Positions 37,894 to 47,578 of a stretch of 61,380 nt of DNA are shown one piece after another. The stretch is from a virus (Duplodnaviria > Caudoviricetes), in the IMG/VR virus record IMGVR_UViG_3300000271_000007, positions 1-61,380 of that record. One strand, written 5' to 3'. The notes below the pieces were generated by a model. The model searched no databases and was not told the DNA's origin. It was given only the letters and a program-made list of their open reading frames with translations. The position numbers were made by a program, and so were the translations under genes. Position 1 is the stretch's first letter. Every line of letters starts with the position of its first letter.

Positions 37894-38186
37894 GGCTGCA
37901 CCCCACGGTCCAGCGCGTCCAGGTGCTCGATCTCAGCGTCGAAGAAGCCCATGTTCCGCGGCGTGCGCACGGTGTCGGGCGGCGTCGCGCCGGGATGGAA
38001 CGTGCGCCAGCCGGCGTCGTACTCGTCGGCGTCGCGCTGCGACAGGAAACCGCGGCAGCGGCCTTGCGTCGAGTGGTAGATCACCGGCACGCGGCGGGCA
38101 ATGGCGTGCTCGGTGCTGGCGTGCTCGCCTTCCCTGCACTGCTCCAGTCGCACCGGGTCCAGCACGCGGTCCAGAAGCGCGCTCAC
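37890..38186 (-). CDS. Hypothetical protein
   Basis: GTGA coupling. Confidence 0.5.
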   Translation of the reverse strand: MSALLDRVLDPVRLEQCREGEHASTEHAIARRVPVIYHSTQGRCRGFLSQRDADEYDAGWRTFHPGATPPDTVRTPRNMGFFDAEIEHLDALDRGVQP

Positions 38187-38341
38187 AGCGCACCCCACGC
38201 GAGGCAACCTGCCGGCACCAGCGCCATCACGGCGCGGAAGATGCGCACGTGCAGGTGGTCGCCGAAGCGGACGGCCGTCACGCAGGCGCTACCCCACACG
38301 ATGACCGAGAGCCACAGGTAGGCGGTGACGACGGCGCTCAT
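38183..38341 (-). CDS. Small membrane protein
   Basis: Two hydrophobic segments; ATGA coupling. Confidence 0.45.
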   Translation of the reverse strand: MSAVVTAYLWLSVIVWGSACVTAVRFGDHLHVRIFRAVMALVPAGCLAWGAL

Positions 38342-38526
38342 GCCGCGTCTCCAGCGGCCCGGCAAGTGGAAGCGCTTCCACTGTCGGCCTTGGTTTCGAT
38401 CGCCACTGGCACGTAGTGCGCCAAGGCTTGGGCCTGTTTCGCGCGGCGCCGCGCCTTGATCGTGTGAACGATCTCTTGCAGGCTCGCCACCACTTCGGGT
38501 GGCGCGGGATGGGCGTGCAGGGTCAC
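38338..38526 (-). CDS. First gene of leftward early operon
   Basis: GGAG RBS downstream of PL-like promoter. Confidence 0.5.
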   Translation of the reverse strand: MTLHAHPAPPEVVASLQEIVHTIKARRRAKQAQALAHYVPVAIETKADSGSASTCRAAGDAA

Positions 38527-38565
38527 TTGCGTCTCCCACCCTGAAACGATCAGGGCATGGGACGC

Positions 38566-38606
38566 ATTGTTAAGCGCGTCGCTTTATCTTGTCAAGCGTT
38601 GCGCTT
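38566..38606 (-). promoter_or_regulatory. PL-like promoter with two operators AAGCG-N3-CGCTT
   Basis: TTGACA...TAACAAT on minus strand; operators at 38572-38584 and 38594-38606. Confidence 0.75.
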
Positions 38607-38652
38607 TATCTTTGTGGGACAGCCTGCTGCCCCTGGTCACAGTTCGCGCGAA

Positions 38653-39147
38653 CTATCTGCAGTTCGTCGTGACCATGTTCCCCATAGCTGTTGAGGTGCA
38701 AGTCACCTGCTGCTGAGGCGGCGCGCTGCGACGCATAGCCTCCAAAAAGGCTTGGTTGGCCTGCGCACGAGCCTGCTGCTTTTGCATGTTCAGCCGCTCA
38801 AGGTCCAGCGCAAACCGCATGTCGATATCGCGGCCAGGCACTTCCGGGCGCTCGAAGGTGAACTGCTGGTTCATACCCAGCAGTCGAATGTCAGCGGTCA
38901 GCACCTCAATGCCGGCCGTCGCACCGCTGGCCCACTTCACGCGAGTGCCCTGCAGGCGCATGGTGCCGGCCCGCTTGTCCTCCTCGGTGACTTGGTACTC
39001 CAGCGTCACTGGCGCATAGCCAAACAATTGAGATCCCTGGTAGACAGCCGCGCCCGGCGGGTCTGATACGTAGGTGACTTTCAGCGCAGTGCTGCAGCCA
39101 GCGGCAAGAAGTGCTGCGGGCAGCAGCGCCAGTAGGCGTTTTCTCAT
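38653..39147 (-). CDS. PEGA-domain lipoprotein
   Basis: Lipobox LAAGC then VSDPPGAAVY...GYAP; directly downstream of cI. Confidence 0.8.
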   Translation of the reverse strand: MRKRLLALLPAALLAAGCSTALKVTYVSDPPGAAVYQGSQLFGYAPVTLEYQVTEEDKRAGTMRLQGTRVKWASGATAGIEVLTADIRLLGMNQQFTFERPEVPGRDIDMRFALDLERLNMQKQQARAQANQAFLEAMRRSAPPQQQVTCTSTAMGNMVTTNCR

Positions 39148-39167
39148 GGTCTTCTCCCTGGTGAAAA

Positions 39168-39791
39168 CTAAATCTCGCCGCCCTCGCGCCACGTCATGAC
39201 GGCGAGCACGCGCAGACCGTGCGTTTCCGAGTGCAGGCTGATGTAGGCGTCGTCCAAGGCTTGGGCGTACCAGCTATTGCCGGCGCCCTGGGCATACCGG
39301 CGGACGTACCGCTGACCCTCGCGGTCCTCGACCAACACGCACTGCCTAGGCCGCGCCGTGTCGGCCTTCTTAAAGATCAAAGCAGTGCCCACCGGCACCC
39401 TGTCTCCCAACGCTCCATCCGGCATCTTCACGGCGAACTCGTCGGGCAGTTCTCTCGACTGCATTACTGACTCCCACGCAAGTACGTGAGGAACTGTGAC
39501 GGCGTGCGGGCTCATGAGTTGAGCCACCCCAGGAACGGGAGACTCACCATCTGGGGGAGTAGCTGGCGTATCCATCCAACCGACCGGCTTACCTGCTGCT
39601 TCAGCTAAGCGCTTAGCCATCGCCGCGCCCATTTCTCGCGGCCGCCCCGTTTTCTGATCCCTGGCTCGGTTACGTATCTGGCTCAGGTAGACCGAGCTAG
39701 TGCCTGCAGCCGTCGCCAGAGTTTCTAGCGTGCCGAACTGCTTGATGAGCAGTTCCAGGTTCTCGCGGCGCGTGTCTTGAACTGGCTTCAT
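39168..39791 (-). CDS. cI: CI-like repressor
   Basis: N-terminal HTH (RRENLELL...YLSQI...GWMD) plus degenerate S24-like domain; divergent from cro. Confidence 0.8.
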   Translation of the reverse strand: MKPVQDTRRENLELLIKQFGTLETLATAAGTSSVYLSQIRNRARDQKTGRPREMGAAMAKRLAEAAGKPVGWMDTPATPPDGESPVPGVAQLMSPHAVTVPHVLAWESVMQSRELPDEFAVKMPDGALGDRVPVGTALIFKKADTARPRQCVLVEDREGQRYVRRYAQGAGNSWYAQALDDAYISLHSETHGLRVLAVMTWREGGEI

Positions 39792-39796
39792 TTGCG

Positions 39797-39868
39797 CAAT
39801 TACAAGCGCGGCGCTCACATCCGCCAACAAGCGCCACGCTTGACTGTCTATAGCGTCACGCTTAAGAT
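39797..39868. promoter_or_regulatory. OR switch: PR and three operators
   Basis: TTGACT(39840)-N17-TAAGAT(39863); operators 39804-39816, 39829-39841 and 39851-39863 match those at PL. Confidence 0.8.
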
Positions 39869-39874
39869 GGCCGC

Positions 39875-40147
39875 ATGAAGCTCCAAGACTACGTGGACCA
39901 AGAGCGTGGCCGGCAGACACAACTGGCTGAGGCATTGGGCATCCCTCCTCAGTTGGTGTGGCAGTGGGCGCGCAGCGTCAGGCCGGTGCCGACGAACCGT
40001 TGCGCAAGCATCGAACTGGCAACCGATGGCGCCGTCACCTGCGAAGAACTCCAGCCCGGACTGCGGTGGCTGCGAGTTCCTGACAAGAAGTGGCCTTGGC
40101 ATAAGGGGGGGCGGCCGGCGCTGGATCTCACGAAGGCGGTCGCATGA
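39875..40147 (+). CDS. cro: Cro/YdaS-like regulator
   Basis: QTQLAEALGIPPQLVWQW...IELATDGAVTCEELQP. Confidence 0.85.
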   Translation: MKLQDYVDQERGRQTQLAEALGIPPQLVWQWARSVRPVPTNRCASIELATDGAVTCEELQPGLRWLRVPDKKWPWHKGGRPALDLTKAVA

Positions 40148-40515
40148 GTCAGCCCCGTAGTTCCGCTGCCAAGCGCAGCCACTCGGCTGCTGCGTCGGAC
40201 TTGGCCTTTGCCAGCGCGGCGGCCACGGCGGCGGCGGCCCATTCGTCGTTGGACATTTCTCAACCCCTCCTGTCGCGGCCGACGACCAGCGGGTGGGGCA
40301 AGTCCACCGAAACGATCAAGTGCTTGGTGCCCATCGAGGTGAAGGAACAGTTCCTTCGCCGGCAGCGTGAGCTGGGGTATCCGTCGGAGTCGGACGCCTT
40401 ACGCGAGTTGTGCATCGTCTTTGCCTTTGGTGCGGAGCATCTGGCAAAGGTACACGCGGATCGCATTCGGCGGCTGGCTGACAGCATGGCTGGAATCGGT
40501 ACGACGGAGCGCTGA
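40144..40515 (+). CDS. CII-position regulator (RHH-like)
   Basis: Follows cro; GKSTETIKCLVP...SESDALRE. Confidence 0.55.
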   Translation: MSQPRSSAAKRSHSAAASDLAFASAAATAAAAHSSLDISQPLLSRPTTSGWGKSTETIKCLVPIEVKEQFLRRQRELGYPSESDALRELCIVFAFGAEHLAKVHADRIRRLADSMAGIGTTER

Positions 40516-40517
40516 GA

Positions 40518-40805
40518 GTGAGCCGCCGCGCCGTCATCATCCAGATCGCGCCCGTGTCGCCGCCGTGTTTCCACGACCGGCTGGCATGGGTGGAGTTTCT
40601 GGTGTCGGCGGCCGAGGACACGTCACGCACCGGCGCGCGCCGCGGGCCGCTGGATCTGCGCAAGCCCGAGCCGGCTTTCAACTTCGCCTTCGACTTCTGC
40701 GAGCAATGCAGTGCGAACTACGCGCTGCGCATGCAGGGCGAGGACCGCTGCCACCCGTGGCACCTGCGCGAACTCGCGCCGAAGAAGGAGCCCAGCGGTG
40801 CATGA
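40518..40805 (+). CDS. Hypothetical protein
   Basis: PPCF...FCEQC...RCHP. Confidence 0.6.
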   Translation: MSRRAVIIQIAPVSPPCFHDRLAWVEFLVSAAEDTSRTGARRGPLDLRKPEPAFNFAFDFCEQCSANYALRMQGEDRCHPWHLRELAPKKEPSGA

Positions 40806-41127
40806 GCCCTGGTCCGACCGCGAGATCGCGCGGTTCACCTTCCGCCACGCGCTGTTCCAGCGCCGGGGCATGACCGAGCCGCAGGCCGAGGCACTGGCCG
40901 AGCGGCTGGTGCTGCGCGACCGCGACCGCGACGACCGCCGCTGCTGCGCCGAGTGCTCGAACCTGCAAGACGACGGCGGCTGCTTCCAGGCCCGCCGCAT
41001 GAACACCGCACGCCGTCGGGCAGCGGACACGGGCGAAGACCCGCCCGTTCGTCACGCGCTCGACCCCATCGACCCCATGCCGGCCGTGCTCCAGCGCTGC
41101 CGCACCTTCTCATTCAGCACACCATGA
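40798..41127 (+). CDS. Hypothetical protein
   Basis: GTG after AAGGAG; RDRDRDDRRCCAEC. Confidence 0.6.
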   Translation: MHEPWSDREIARFTFRHALFQRRGMTEPQAEALAERLVLRDRDRDDRRCCAECSNLQDDGGCFQARRMNTARRRAADTGEDPPVRHALDPIDPMPAVLQRCRTFSFSTP

Positions 41128-42014
41128 AGCTCCCCATCAGCGCCATCCGCCTCGACGGCGGCACACAACCCCGCACCAGCATCAACGAGGCCGTGGTGTC
41201 GGAGTACGCCGAGGCCATGCTGGCCGGCCAAGTGCTGCCGGCACCGGTGGTGTTCTTCGACGGCAGCGCCTACTGGCTCGCCGACGGCTTCCACCGCGTC
41301 CACGCAGCGCGGCAGGCTGGCATGGTGGACATGGGCTTCGACATGCGCACCGGCACCAAGCGCGAGGCCATCCAGTTCAGCCTGGGCGCCAACGCCACCC
41401 ACGGGCTGCGCCGCAGCAACGAGGACAAGCGCCGCGCCGTGCGCATGGCGCTGGACGATCCCGAGTGGGCCGCGCTGCCGAACCGCGAGATCGCGCGCAT
41501 GACCGGCACCACGCACCCGTTCGTGGCCGACATGCGTGAAGCGATGAAGCCGGCACCGAAGCCCGAAGGTGGAAACGTTTCCAGCCAGGACGCGCCGCGT
41601 CGCGAGGACAACACCAAGAGCACCCCGCCGCCGGCACCGCGCGCCGACCAGCAGCCTGGAAACGTTTCCACTTCCAAGCCGGGCAAGGTGGAAGCGGAAC
41701 CGGAAGCCAGCGACGGCCCGACCCTGGCCGAGATCGCCGACGAACAGCAGCGCGAGATCGAGCGGCTGCAAGGCGAGATCAGCGCCATGCAGGCCGACGA
41801 CCAGAAGGCCGAAGCGCTCAAGCTGCGCCGGCTGGCCGACAACGCCCAGCGTCAGCAAAGCGAGGCGATGGAGAAGGCGCGCCGCGCCGAAGACCGCGAG
41901 GCGTTCACGAAGCGCCAGCTGATGCGCTGCGGCAAGGCCGTCGGCGTCACCGACCCGGACCAGATCGCCCCGGCCGTGGAAGCGCTGGCGCGGCGCGTGA
42001 AGGTGGCGGCATGA
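41124..42014 (+). CDS. ParB/Srx N-terminal domain protein with HTH and coiled coil
   Basis: QPR...LADGFHRVHA ParB motif; NATHGLRRS; HTH NREIARMTGTTHPFV. Confidence 0.85.
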   Translation: MKLPISAIRLDGGTQPRTSINEAVVSEYAEAMLAGQVLPAPVVFFDGSAYWLADGFHRVHAARQAGMVDMGFDMRTGTKREAIQFSLGANATHGLRRSNEDKRRAVRMALDDPEWAALPNREIARMTGTTHPFVADMREAMKPAPKPEGGNVSSQDAPRREDNTKSTPPPAPRADQQPGNVSTSKPGKVEAEPEASDGPTLAEIADEQQREIERLQGEISAMQADDQKAEALKLRRLADNAQRQQSEAMEKARRAEDREAFTKRQLMRCGKAVGVTDPDQIAPAVEALARRVKVAA

Positions 42015-42322
42015 AGGCGCTGGAGCACTTGGAGACGGCGCTGGAGAACTTCGCGCCGAAGCCGCTGCGCGCGTCGGAACTGCACGAGATCGTCGGCAAG
42101 TGGAAGGCACGCAAGGCCATCCAGCTGGCGCTGCACGGCGGCACCGCGTTCTGCATGCGGGCGGAAGGCCACGGGTCGGAGAAGTTGTACTTCCGCTACC
42201 AGGCCGACATGGAAGCGTTCGCCGCGGCGCTGCCGAAGCCTGAGCCCAAGGGCACGGCCAGCGGCTGGCATCTGGCCCAGCAGCAGCAGCGGCATGGCAA
42301 CGCGGTGCGGGGTGTGGCGTGA
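42011..42322 (+). CDS. Hypothetical protein
   Basis: Coupled on both sides. Confidence 0.55.
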   Translation: MKALEHLETALENFAPKPLRASELHEIVGKWKARKAIQLALHGGTAFCMRAEGHGSEKLYFRYQADMEAFAAALPKPEPKGTASGWHLAQQQQRHGNAVRGVA

Positions 42323-43803
42323 GGGTCCAACTGCGCGAGGACTACCAAGTCCCGGCCGTGGACCGGGCGCGCGAGGCCATCCGCAACGGTGCGCGCAGCA
42401 TCCTCATCAACGCCCCGACGGGCAGCGGCAAGACCGTGATGGCCAGCGCGCTGATGGAACTCATCAGCGAGAAGGGCAAGCGAGCCAACTTCGTGGTGGA
42501 CCGCCTGAGCCTCATCGGGCAGACCAGCGACACCTTCGACCGCTACGGGCTGGAGCACGGCGTCATCCAGTCGCAGCACCCGCGCTACCGGCCCAGCCTG
42601 CCGATCCAGGTGTGCAGCGTGCAGACCCTGGCGCGCCGCGGCTGGCCGGAAGCGGACGTTGACCTCATCGACGAGGCCCACGTGCTGCACGAGACGGTGA
42701 AGAAGCGCATCGAGTCCAAGAGCGGCATCGTGATCGGCCTGACCGCCACGCCGTTCACGCGCGGGCTGGGCAAGTACTTCGACGTGGTGGTGAACGTCAC
42801 GACCACGCGGTGGCTGATCGACAACGGCTGGCTGGCGCCTTACCGCGTCTTCAGCTGCGCCGAGCCCGACATGAGCGAGGTGGCCGTCAAGAGCACCGGC
42901 GAGTGGGACGAGAAGCAGGCCAGCGGCAAGGCGCTCGAAGTGGTGGGCGACGTGGTGGCCGAGTACCTGAAGCACGGGGACGGTCGCAAGTTCATCTGCT
43001 CTGGCGTGGACACCGCGCACGTGGAAGAACTGCAGCGGCAGTTCCTGGCCGCCGGCATCAACGTGGCCAGCTACACCTACAAGGACCGCGAGGAAGACCG
43101 CGCCGACACCACGCTGGAATTCCGTAAGCCCAACAGCACCATTCGCGGGCTCGTCACGGTCACGGCCGCGTCGCGCGGGTTCGACGTGCCCGACGTGTCG
43201 TGCGTCATCATGGCCCGGCCGCTGCGCAAGAGCCTGGCCGAGCACATCCAGCTGCTCGGCCGTGGCCTGCGCATCGCCGAAGGCAAGACCGACTGCCTGG
43301 TGCTCGACCACAGCGGCAACATGGCGCGGTTCTGGCAGGAGTGCGAAGGGTTCTTCGACTTCGGCATCGAGGCGCTGGACGACGGCAAGACCAAGCCCAA
43401 GAAGCCGGCCGAGAAGAAGGAAGCCGAGCCGATGAAGTGCCCGCAGTGCCGCACGCTGCACAAGCCTGCGCCTGCCTGCCCATCCTGCGGCCACGAGTAC
43501 CCCCGTAAGGCGGCCATCGCCCACGTGCCCGGCACGCTGAAGGAACTCATCGCCGGCGGCCACCACAAGGAACTGACCCGCGACCTCTGGCCGCAGGTAG
43601 CCGGTTACGTGTTGGAGCGCCGCGAGGGCGAGGCAGCGCGCAAGCAGGCGCTGGCGATCTACAAGGACATCACCGGCGGCTGGCCGAAAGTGACCTGGGA
43701 AGCCACCAAGCCGGTGGAGCCGAGCAACGAAGTCCGCAACAAGATCCGCGCGCAGCAGATCCGGTTCGCCAAGCGGCGCGAGCGTTCGGCGGTGGCGGCA
43801 TGA
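42319..43803 (+). CDS. SF2 DEAH helicase with zinc ribbon
   Basis: APTGSGKT, IDEAH, GLTATP, GFDVP, QLLGRGLR. Confidence 0.95.
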   Translation: MRVQLREDYQVPAVDRAREAIRNGARSILINAPTGSGKTVMASALMELISEKGKRANFVVDRLSLIGQTSDTFDRYGLEHGVIQSQHPRYRPSLPIQVCSVQTLARRGWPEADVDLIDEAHVLHETVKKRIESKSGIVIGLTATPFTRGLGKYFDVVVNVTTTRWLIDNGWLAPYRVFSCAEPDMSEVAVKSTGEWDEKQASGKALEVVGDVVAEYLKHGDGRKFICSGVDTAHVEELQRQFLAAGINVASYTYKDREEDRADTTLEFRKPNSTIRGLVTVTAASRGFDVPDVSCVIMARPLRKSLAEHIQLLGRGLRIAEGKTDCLVLDHSGNMARFWQECEGFFDFGIEALDDGKTKPKKPAEKKEAEPMKCPQCRTLHKPAPACPSCGHEYPRKAAIAHVPGTLKELIAGGHHKELTRDLWPQVAGYVLERREGEAARKQALAIYKDITGGWPKVTWEATKPVEPSNEVRNKIRAQQIRFAKRRERSAVAA

Positions 43804-44825
43804 GCATCCGCATCATCCAAGGCGACTGCCGCGACGTGCTCAAGACGCTGCCCGAAGCGTCGGTGCATTGCTGCGTGACCAGCCCGCCCTACTTTGGCCT
43901 GCGCGACTACGGCCACGCTGGACAGATTGGGCTTGAGCAGACGCCGGCCGAGTACGTCGAGCAGATGGTGCAGGTGTTCCGCGAGGTGCGGCGCGTTCTG
44001 GCCGACGACGGCACCCTGTGGCTGAACCTTGGGGACAGCTATGCCAACGATGGCAAGTGGGGTGGTAGCACCAGTGGCAAGCACGTCGATGCCCTGCACG
44101 GTGACACTGGCGCCGGCCGTGGCAAGCGCACCACTGGACTGAAGGCAAAAGACCTGATCGGCATTCCCTGGCGCGTTGCCTTCTCCCTTCAGGCTGACGG
44201 CTGGTATCTGCGCCAGGACATCATCTGGCACAAGCCGAACCCGATGCCCGAGAGCGTGCGCGACCGCTGCACCAAGGCGCATGAGTACGTGTTCCTGCTG
44301 TCGAAGTCGGAGCGGTACTACTACGACAGTGAGGCGATGCGCGAGCCGGCAGTCGCGGCTGACATCGGCGCGATGGACGGCGGCGCGCAGCGTCTGCCGG
44401 ACGGCTCCGACGCGAACGCGGGTCGCAACTTCCGCAGCAAGCGCGACAGTTTCAAGCGCGACGACAGCAAGCGCGCGGAGGTGATTCCCGGCCAGTCTGT
44501 CGGCACGCACCGGGCTCAGCGGGAGGAGAGCGCATACGACACGCTCACCCGCAACAAGCGCAGCGTCTGGACCATCGCTACCAAGCCGTTTGCCGAAGCC
44601 CACTTCGCCACGATGGCGCCTGAACTGGCCGAGACGTGCATCAAAGCCGGCTGTCCGGAAGGCGGCACGGTGCTAGACCCATTCGGCGGCGCTGGCACTA
44701 CAGGTCTTGTCGCAGATCGACTCCAGCGCAGCGCCGTGCTGTGCGAACTGAACCCGGAATACATCGCCATCGCGCGCCGCCGGATCGCCAGCGATGCCCC
44801 GCTGTTCGCGGAGATCGAACTATGA
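43800..44825 (+). CDS. DNA methyltransferase (N4-C/N6-A, beta class)
   Basis: TSPPY catalytic motif; VLDPFGGAGTT SAM motif. Confidence 0.95.
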   Translation: MSIRIIQGDCRDVLKTLPEASVHCCVTSPPYFGLRDYGHAGQIGLEQTPAEYVEQMVQVFREVRRVLADDGTLWLNLGDSYANDGKWGGSTSGKHVDALHGDTGAGRGKRTTGLKAKDLIGIPWRVAFSLQADGWYLRQDIIWHKPNPMPESVRDRCTKAHEYVFLLSKSERYYYDSEAMREPAVAADIGAMDGGAQRLPDGSDANAGRNFRSKRDSFKRDDSKRAEVIPGQSVGTHRAQREESAYDTLTRNKRSVWTIATKPFAEAHFATMAPELAETCIKAGCPEGGTVLDPFGGAGTTGLVADRLQRSAVLCELNPEYIAIARRRIASDAPLFAEIEL

Positions 44826-45727
44826 CCTTCGACCAAGCCCTGCGCCTGGCAGGCATGCGCCCACGCGACATCGTGGCCGATGGCAAGTGGCGCCGGTGCG
44901 CGACGGACGACAAGCCGACGAAGCGCAACGGGGCCTACTGCCTGAGCATCGAAGGCACGCGCGGCTGGTGGCGGAATTGGGCGCTGGACTCCGAGCTCAA
45001 CACCTGGGCCGACGACCAAGCGACCACGGCCAAGCCCATCGACCAGCGCAAGCTGGACGCCCAGCGCGCGGCCGAGCGCGAGCGCCGCATCCACGCCATG
45101 CGCGGCGCGCGGGCCTACTGGAATCGTTGCCACCCGCTGAACCGGCTGCACCCCTACCTGGAAGCCAAGGGCCTGAGTGCCGTCGGCACGGCCGGGCTGC
45201 GCAGCATCGACGGGCTGCTGGTGATCCCGGTCTGCTACGGCGACTCGATCATCAGCACGCAGAGCATCCACCCCGACGGCACCAAGCGGTTCTATGCCGG
45301 CGCGCCGGTCAAGGGCGGGTGCTTCGTGCTCGACCGCAAGGGTGCGGCAGTTACGGTGCTGGTGGAAGGGCTGGCCACGGGGCTGGCGGTGTTCCAGGCC
45401 ATGCGCATGGCGCGCGTGGTGGTGGCGTTCGACGCGGGCAACCTGCTCCCCGTGGTGGACCGGCTGCGGCCTACGGGCAGCGTCGTTTTCATGGCTGACA
45501 ACGACCACCGGACCATGAGCCGACGAGGCTTTAACCCGGGGATCGACAAAGCGAAGAACGCCGCAGAGCTGGTCGGTGCAGGTGTTGCCTGGATCGAAGG
45601 CATTGACGGCACTGATGCAGCCGACGCGCTCAAGGAATGGGGCGTTGGCGCCCACAAGCGCATTGAACGAATCGTGCTCGCCGGCGCGCGCTACGTGCCC
45701 AGCACGGCACGCGAGGCCCCTGCATGA
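44822..45727 (+). CDS. Toprim-domain primase
   Basis: VEGLATG, VAFDAGNL, ADND. Confidence 0.88.
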   Translation: MTFDQALRLAGMRPRDIVADGKWRRCATDDKPTKRNGAYCLSIEGTRGWWRNWALDSELNTWADDQATTAKPIDQRKLDAQRAAERERRIHAMRGARAYWNRCHPLNRLHPYLEAKGLSAVGTAGLRSIDGLLVIPVCYGDSIISTQSIHPDGTKRFYAGAPVKGGCFVLDRKGAAVTVLVEGLATGLAVFQAMRMARVVVAFDAGNLLPVVDRLRPTGSVVFMADNDHRTMSRRGFNPGIDKAKNAAELVGAGVAWIEGIDGTDAADALKEWGVGAHKRIERIVLAGARYVPSTAREAPA

Positions 45728-46004
45728 CCTCAAGCACCGTGCGCGCCGCGGAAACGTTACCGCCCTGCATGGGGCCGAGCGCAGGAAACACCGGGGGTAG
45801 CAGCCGCCCCGTCAACAAGCTGCACCGGACGAGGCCCCTGCGGGCCGGGGTGCAACTCCCTCAACGATTCCGGCGGCTGGCGTCGATCCCACGGCCGGGG
45901 GTGAAGCAAGGGCTTCACTGGTGGGAATCCCGCAAGGGGGTGGCGTCCTCGTCTTTCTGCCCCGTGGGGGTAGGGGGGCGTTTGGGTGGAGACAGGAGGA
46001 AGTG

Positions 46005-46271
46005 ATGGCTGGAAGCAGAGACAGGACAGACCGGGTGCCGCTGCCGGTGGCAGAGGCCCGGTGCGAGCCGGCGCATCCGGGGCAGGCGCGGTTCATCTGC
46101 GCCCGGTGGCACGCCGCGGTGCTGCAGGGCTCGCCGATGGGCGACTACTCGAACCGCGTCCACGGCTGCACGCCGATCTGCGACGGGTTCCTGAGCGTGC
46201 AGTCCGCGCAGGCGCAGGCCAAGCCCGCGATGGAGCGGAAGGTGAAGCCAGCAGTGAAGGGGATCGTGTGA
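46005..46271 (+). CDS. Hypothetical protein
   Basis: AGGAGG RBS. Confidence 0.55.
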   Translation: MAGSRDRTDRVPLPVAEARCEPAHPGQARFICARWHAAVLQGSPMGDYSNRVHGCTPICDGFLSVQSAQAQAKPAMERKVKPAVKGIV

Positions 46272-46762
46272 GCACAGCAGACAAGAAGCCGACGTTCGCG
46301 GGTGAAGTGCAGTTCGCGGGCTACAGCGACAGCAGCCGCAGTGGACCGCGCGTGACGCTGCGGCTGGCCGACCGCGACGACCTGGAGCGCTTCATCGGCT
46401 GCGAGAACAAGCGCTACATGGCCGTGCTGATGGAGATCGCCGACGACGAGACGCCGGCGCCTGCGCCCTCTCCTGCCGCGCCGAAGGTGCAGCGCGAGCG
46501 CATGGCGCCGCTGTGCGAGTGGGCGGTGATGCGGTGCGGGGAGTTGGAGTTCCAGCGCTGGGCGTGCCAGACGCATCCGAGTGTGTGGGGGTGGAGCAAC
46601 ATCGTGAACCCCGCCGACGCGGCGCGCTACGTCATCGTCACGCTCTGCGGCATCGAGTCGCGCAAGGAACTCGACACCAACCCCGAGGCCGCCAAGCGCC
46701 TGCATGAGCGCGTGCGCAAGCCCTATGCGGCATGGCTGGCGCAGCAGGGGGTGCCGGCATGA
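46268..46762 (+). CDS. Hypothetical protein
   Basis: CGIESRKELD motif; GTGA coupling. Confidence 0.65.
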   Translation: MSTADKKPTFAGEVQFAGYSDSSRSGPRVTLRLADRDDLERFIGCENKRYMAVLMEIADDETPAPAPSPAAPKVQRERMAPLCEWAVMRCGELEFQRWACQTHPSVWGWSNIVNPADAARYVIVTLCGIESRKELDTNPEAAKRLHERVRKPYAAWLAQQGVPA

Positions 46763-47124
46763 CGCCCGCGCAAGTGCTCAAGCGCGAGAGCGCCAAGGCC
46801 CGCAGCAGTGCGCTGGAAGAAACGCTGGCCTTGCAACTGCGCGCAGCTGGCCTTACGCGCGGCATGGTCCGCGAGTTCCAGTTTCACGATGTTCGGCGCT
46901 GGCGCTTCGACTTCGCATGGCCCGACAACGACCCGCTGGTGGCGGTGGAAGTGGAAGGCGGCATCTGGACGTCAGGGCGGCACAACAGGCCCACCGGGAT
47001 GCTGCAGGACATGGAGAAGTACGCCGAGGCGGCGACGCGAGCGTGGTATGTGATCCGCGTTTCTGGCGAGCACATCAAGTCCGGGCGTGCGCTGGAGTGG
47101 ATTCAGCAGATGGTGAAGCCATGA
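46759..47124 (+). CDS. PD-(D/E)xK endonuclease (DUF559/Vsr-like)
   Basis: RRWRFDFAWP...AVEVEGG...GRH. Confidence 0.8.
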   Translation: MTPAQVLKRESAKARSSALEETLALQLRAAGLTRGMVREFQFHDVRRWRFDFAWPDNDPLVAVEVEGGIWTSGRHNRPTGMLQDMEKYAEAATRAWYVIRVSGEHIKSGRALEWIQQMVKP

Positions 47125-47381
47125 CCCCGCCTCTCATGCACTCCCTGGCGTTCAAACTCTGCTTGTACTTCACGCTGGCGCCCGACGAGTACCTGACCCG
47201 CGACGACATCGCCACGCGGTATGGCGTCAAGGCGCACGACATCAAGACGATGCTGCGAAACGCAGTGACCGTGGGCTGGTTGGCGCGCGAGATCGAAGGC
47301 GCAGGCCCGAAGGCGATGACGAACTACCGCGCCGGGCCGCTGCTGCTGGCCGAGATCGAGCGCTTCAGGCTGCCGGCATGA
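47121..47381 (+). CDS. Hypothetical HTH protein
   Basis: LTRDDIATRYGV. Confidence 0.55.
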   Translation: MTPPLMHSLAFKLCLYFTLAPDEYLTRDDIATRYGVKAHDIKTMLRNAVTVGWLAREIEGAGPKAMTNYRAGPLLLAEIERFRLPA

Positions 47382-47578
47382 AGTGCGAGCACTGTCATCG
47401 CACGCTGACGCGGTTCGCTGCCGCGCTGGAGACGCCGGCCGGCACCATCGGCTGGGGACCGGTCTGCGCGCGCACCGTGCTGCCGCGCGCCAAGCGCCGG
47501 GCTGCCGTGGTGACGCCGCTGCGCCGTGGCCGGCCCGACCCGCGGCAAGTGGACTGGATCGAAGGGGCCGCGGCATGA
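47378..47578 (+). CDS. Small zinc-finger protein
   Basis: CEHCHRTL...GPVCA. Confidence 0.6.
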   Translation: MKCEHCHRTLTRFAAALETPAGTIGWGPVCARTVLPRAKRRAAVVTPLRRGRPDPRQVDWIEGAAA

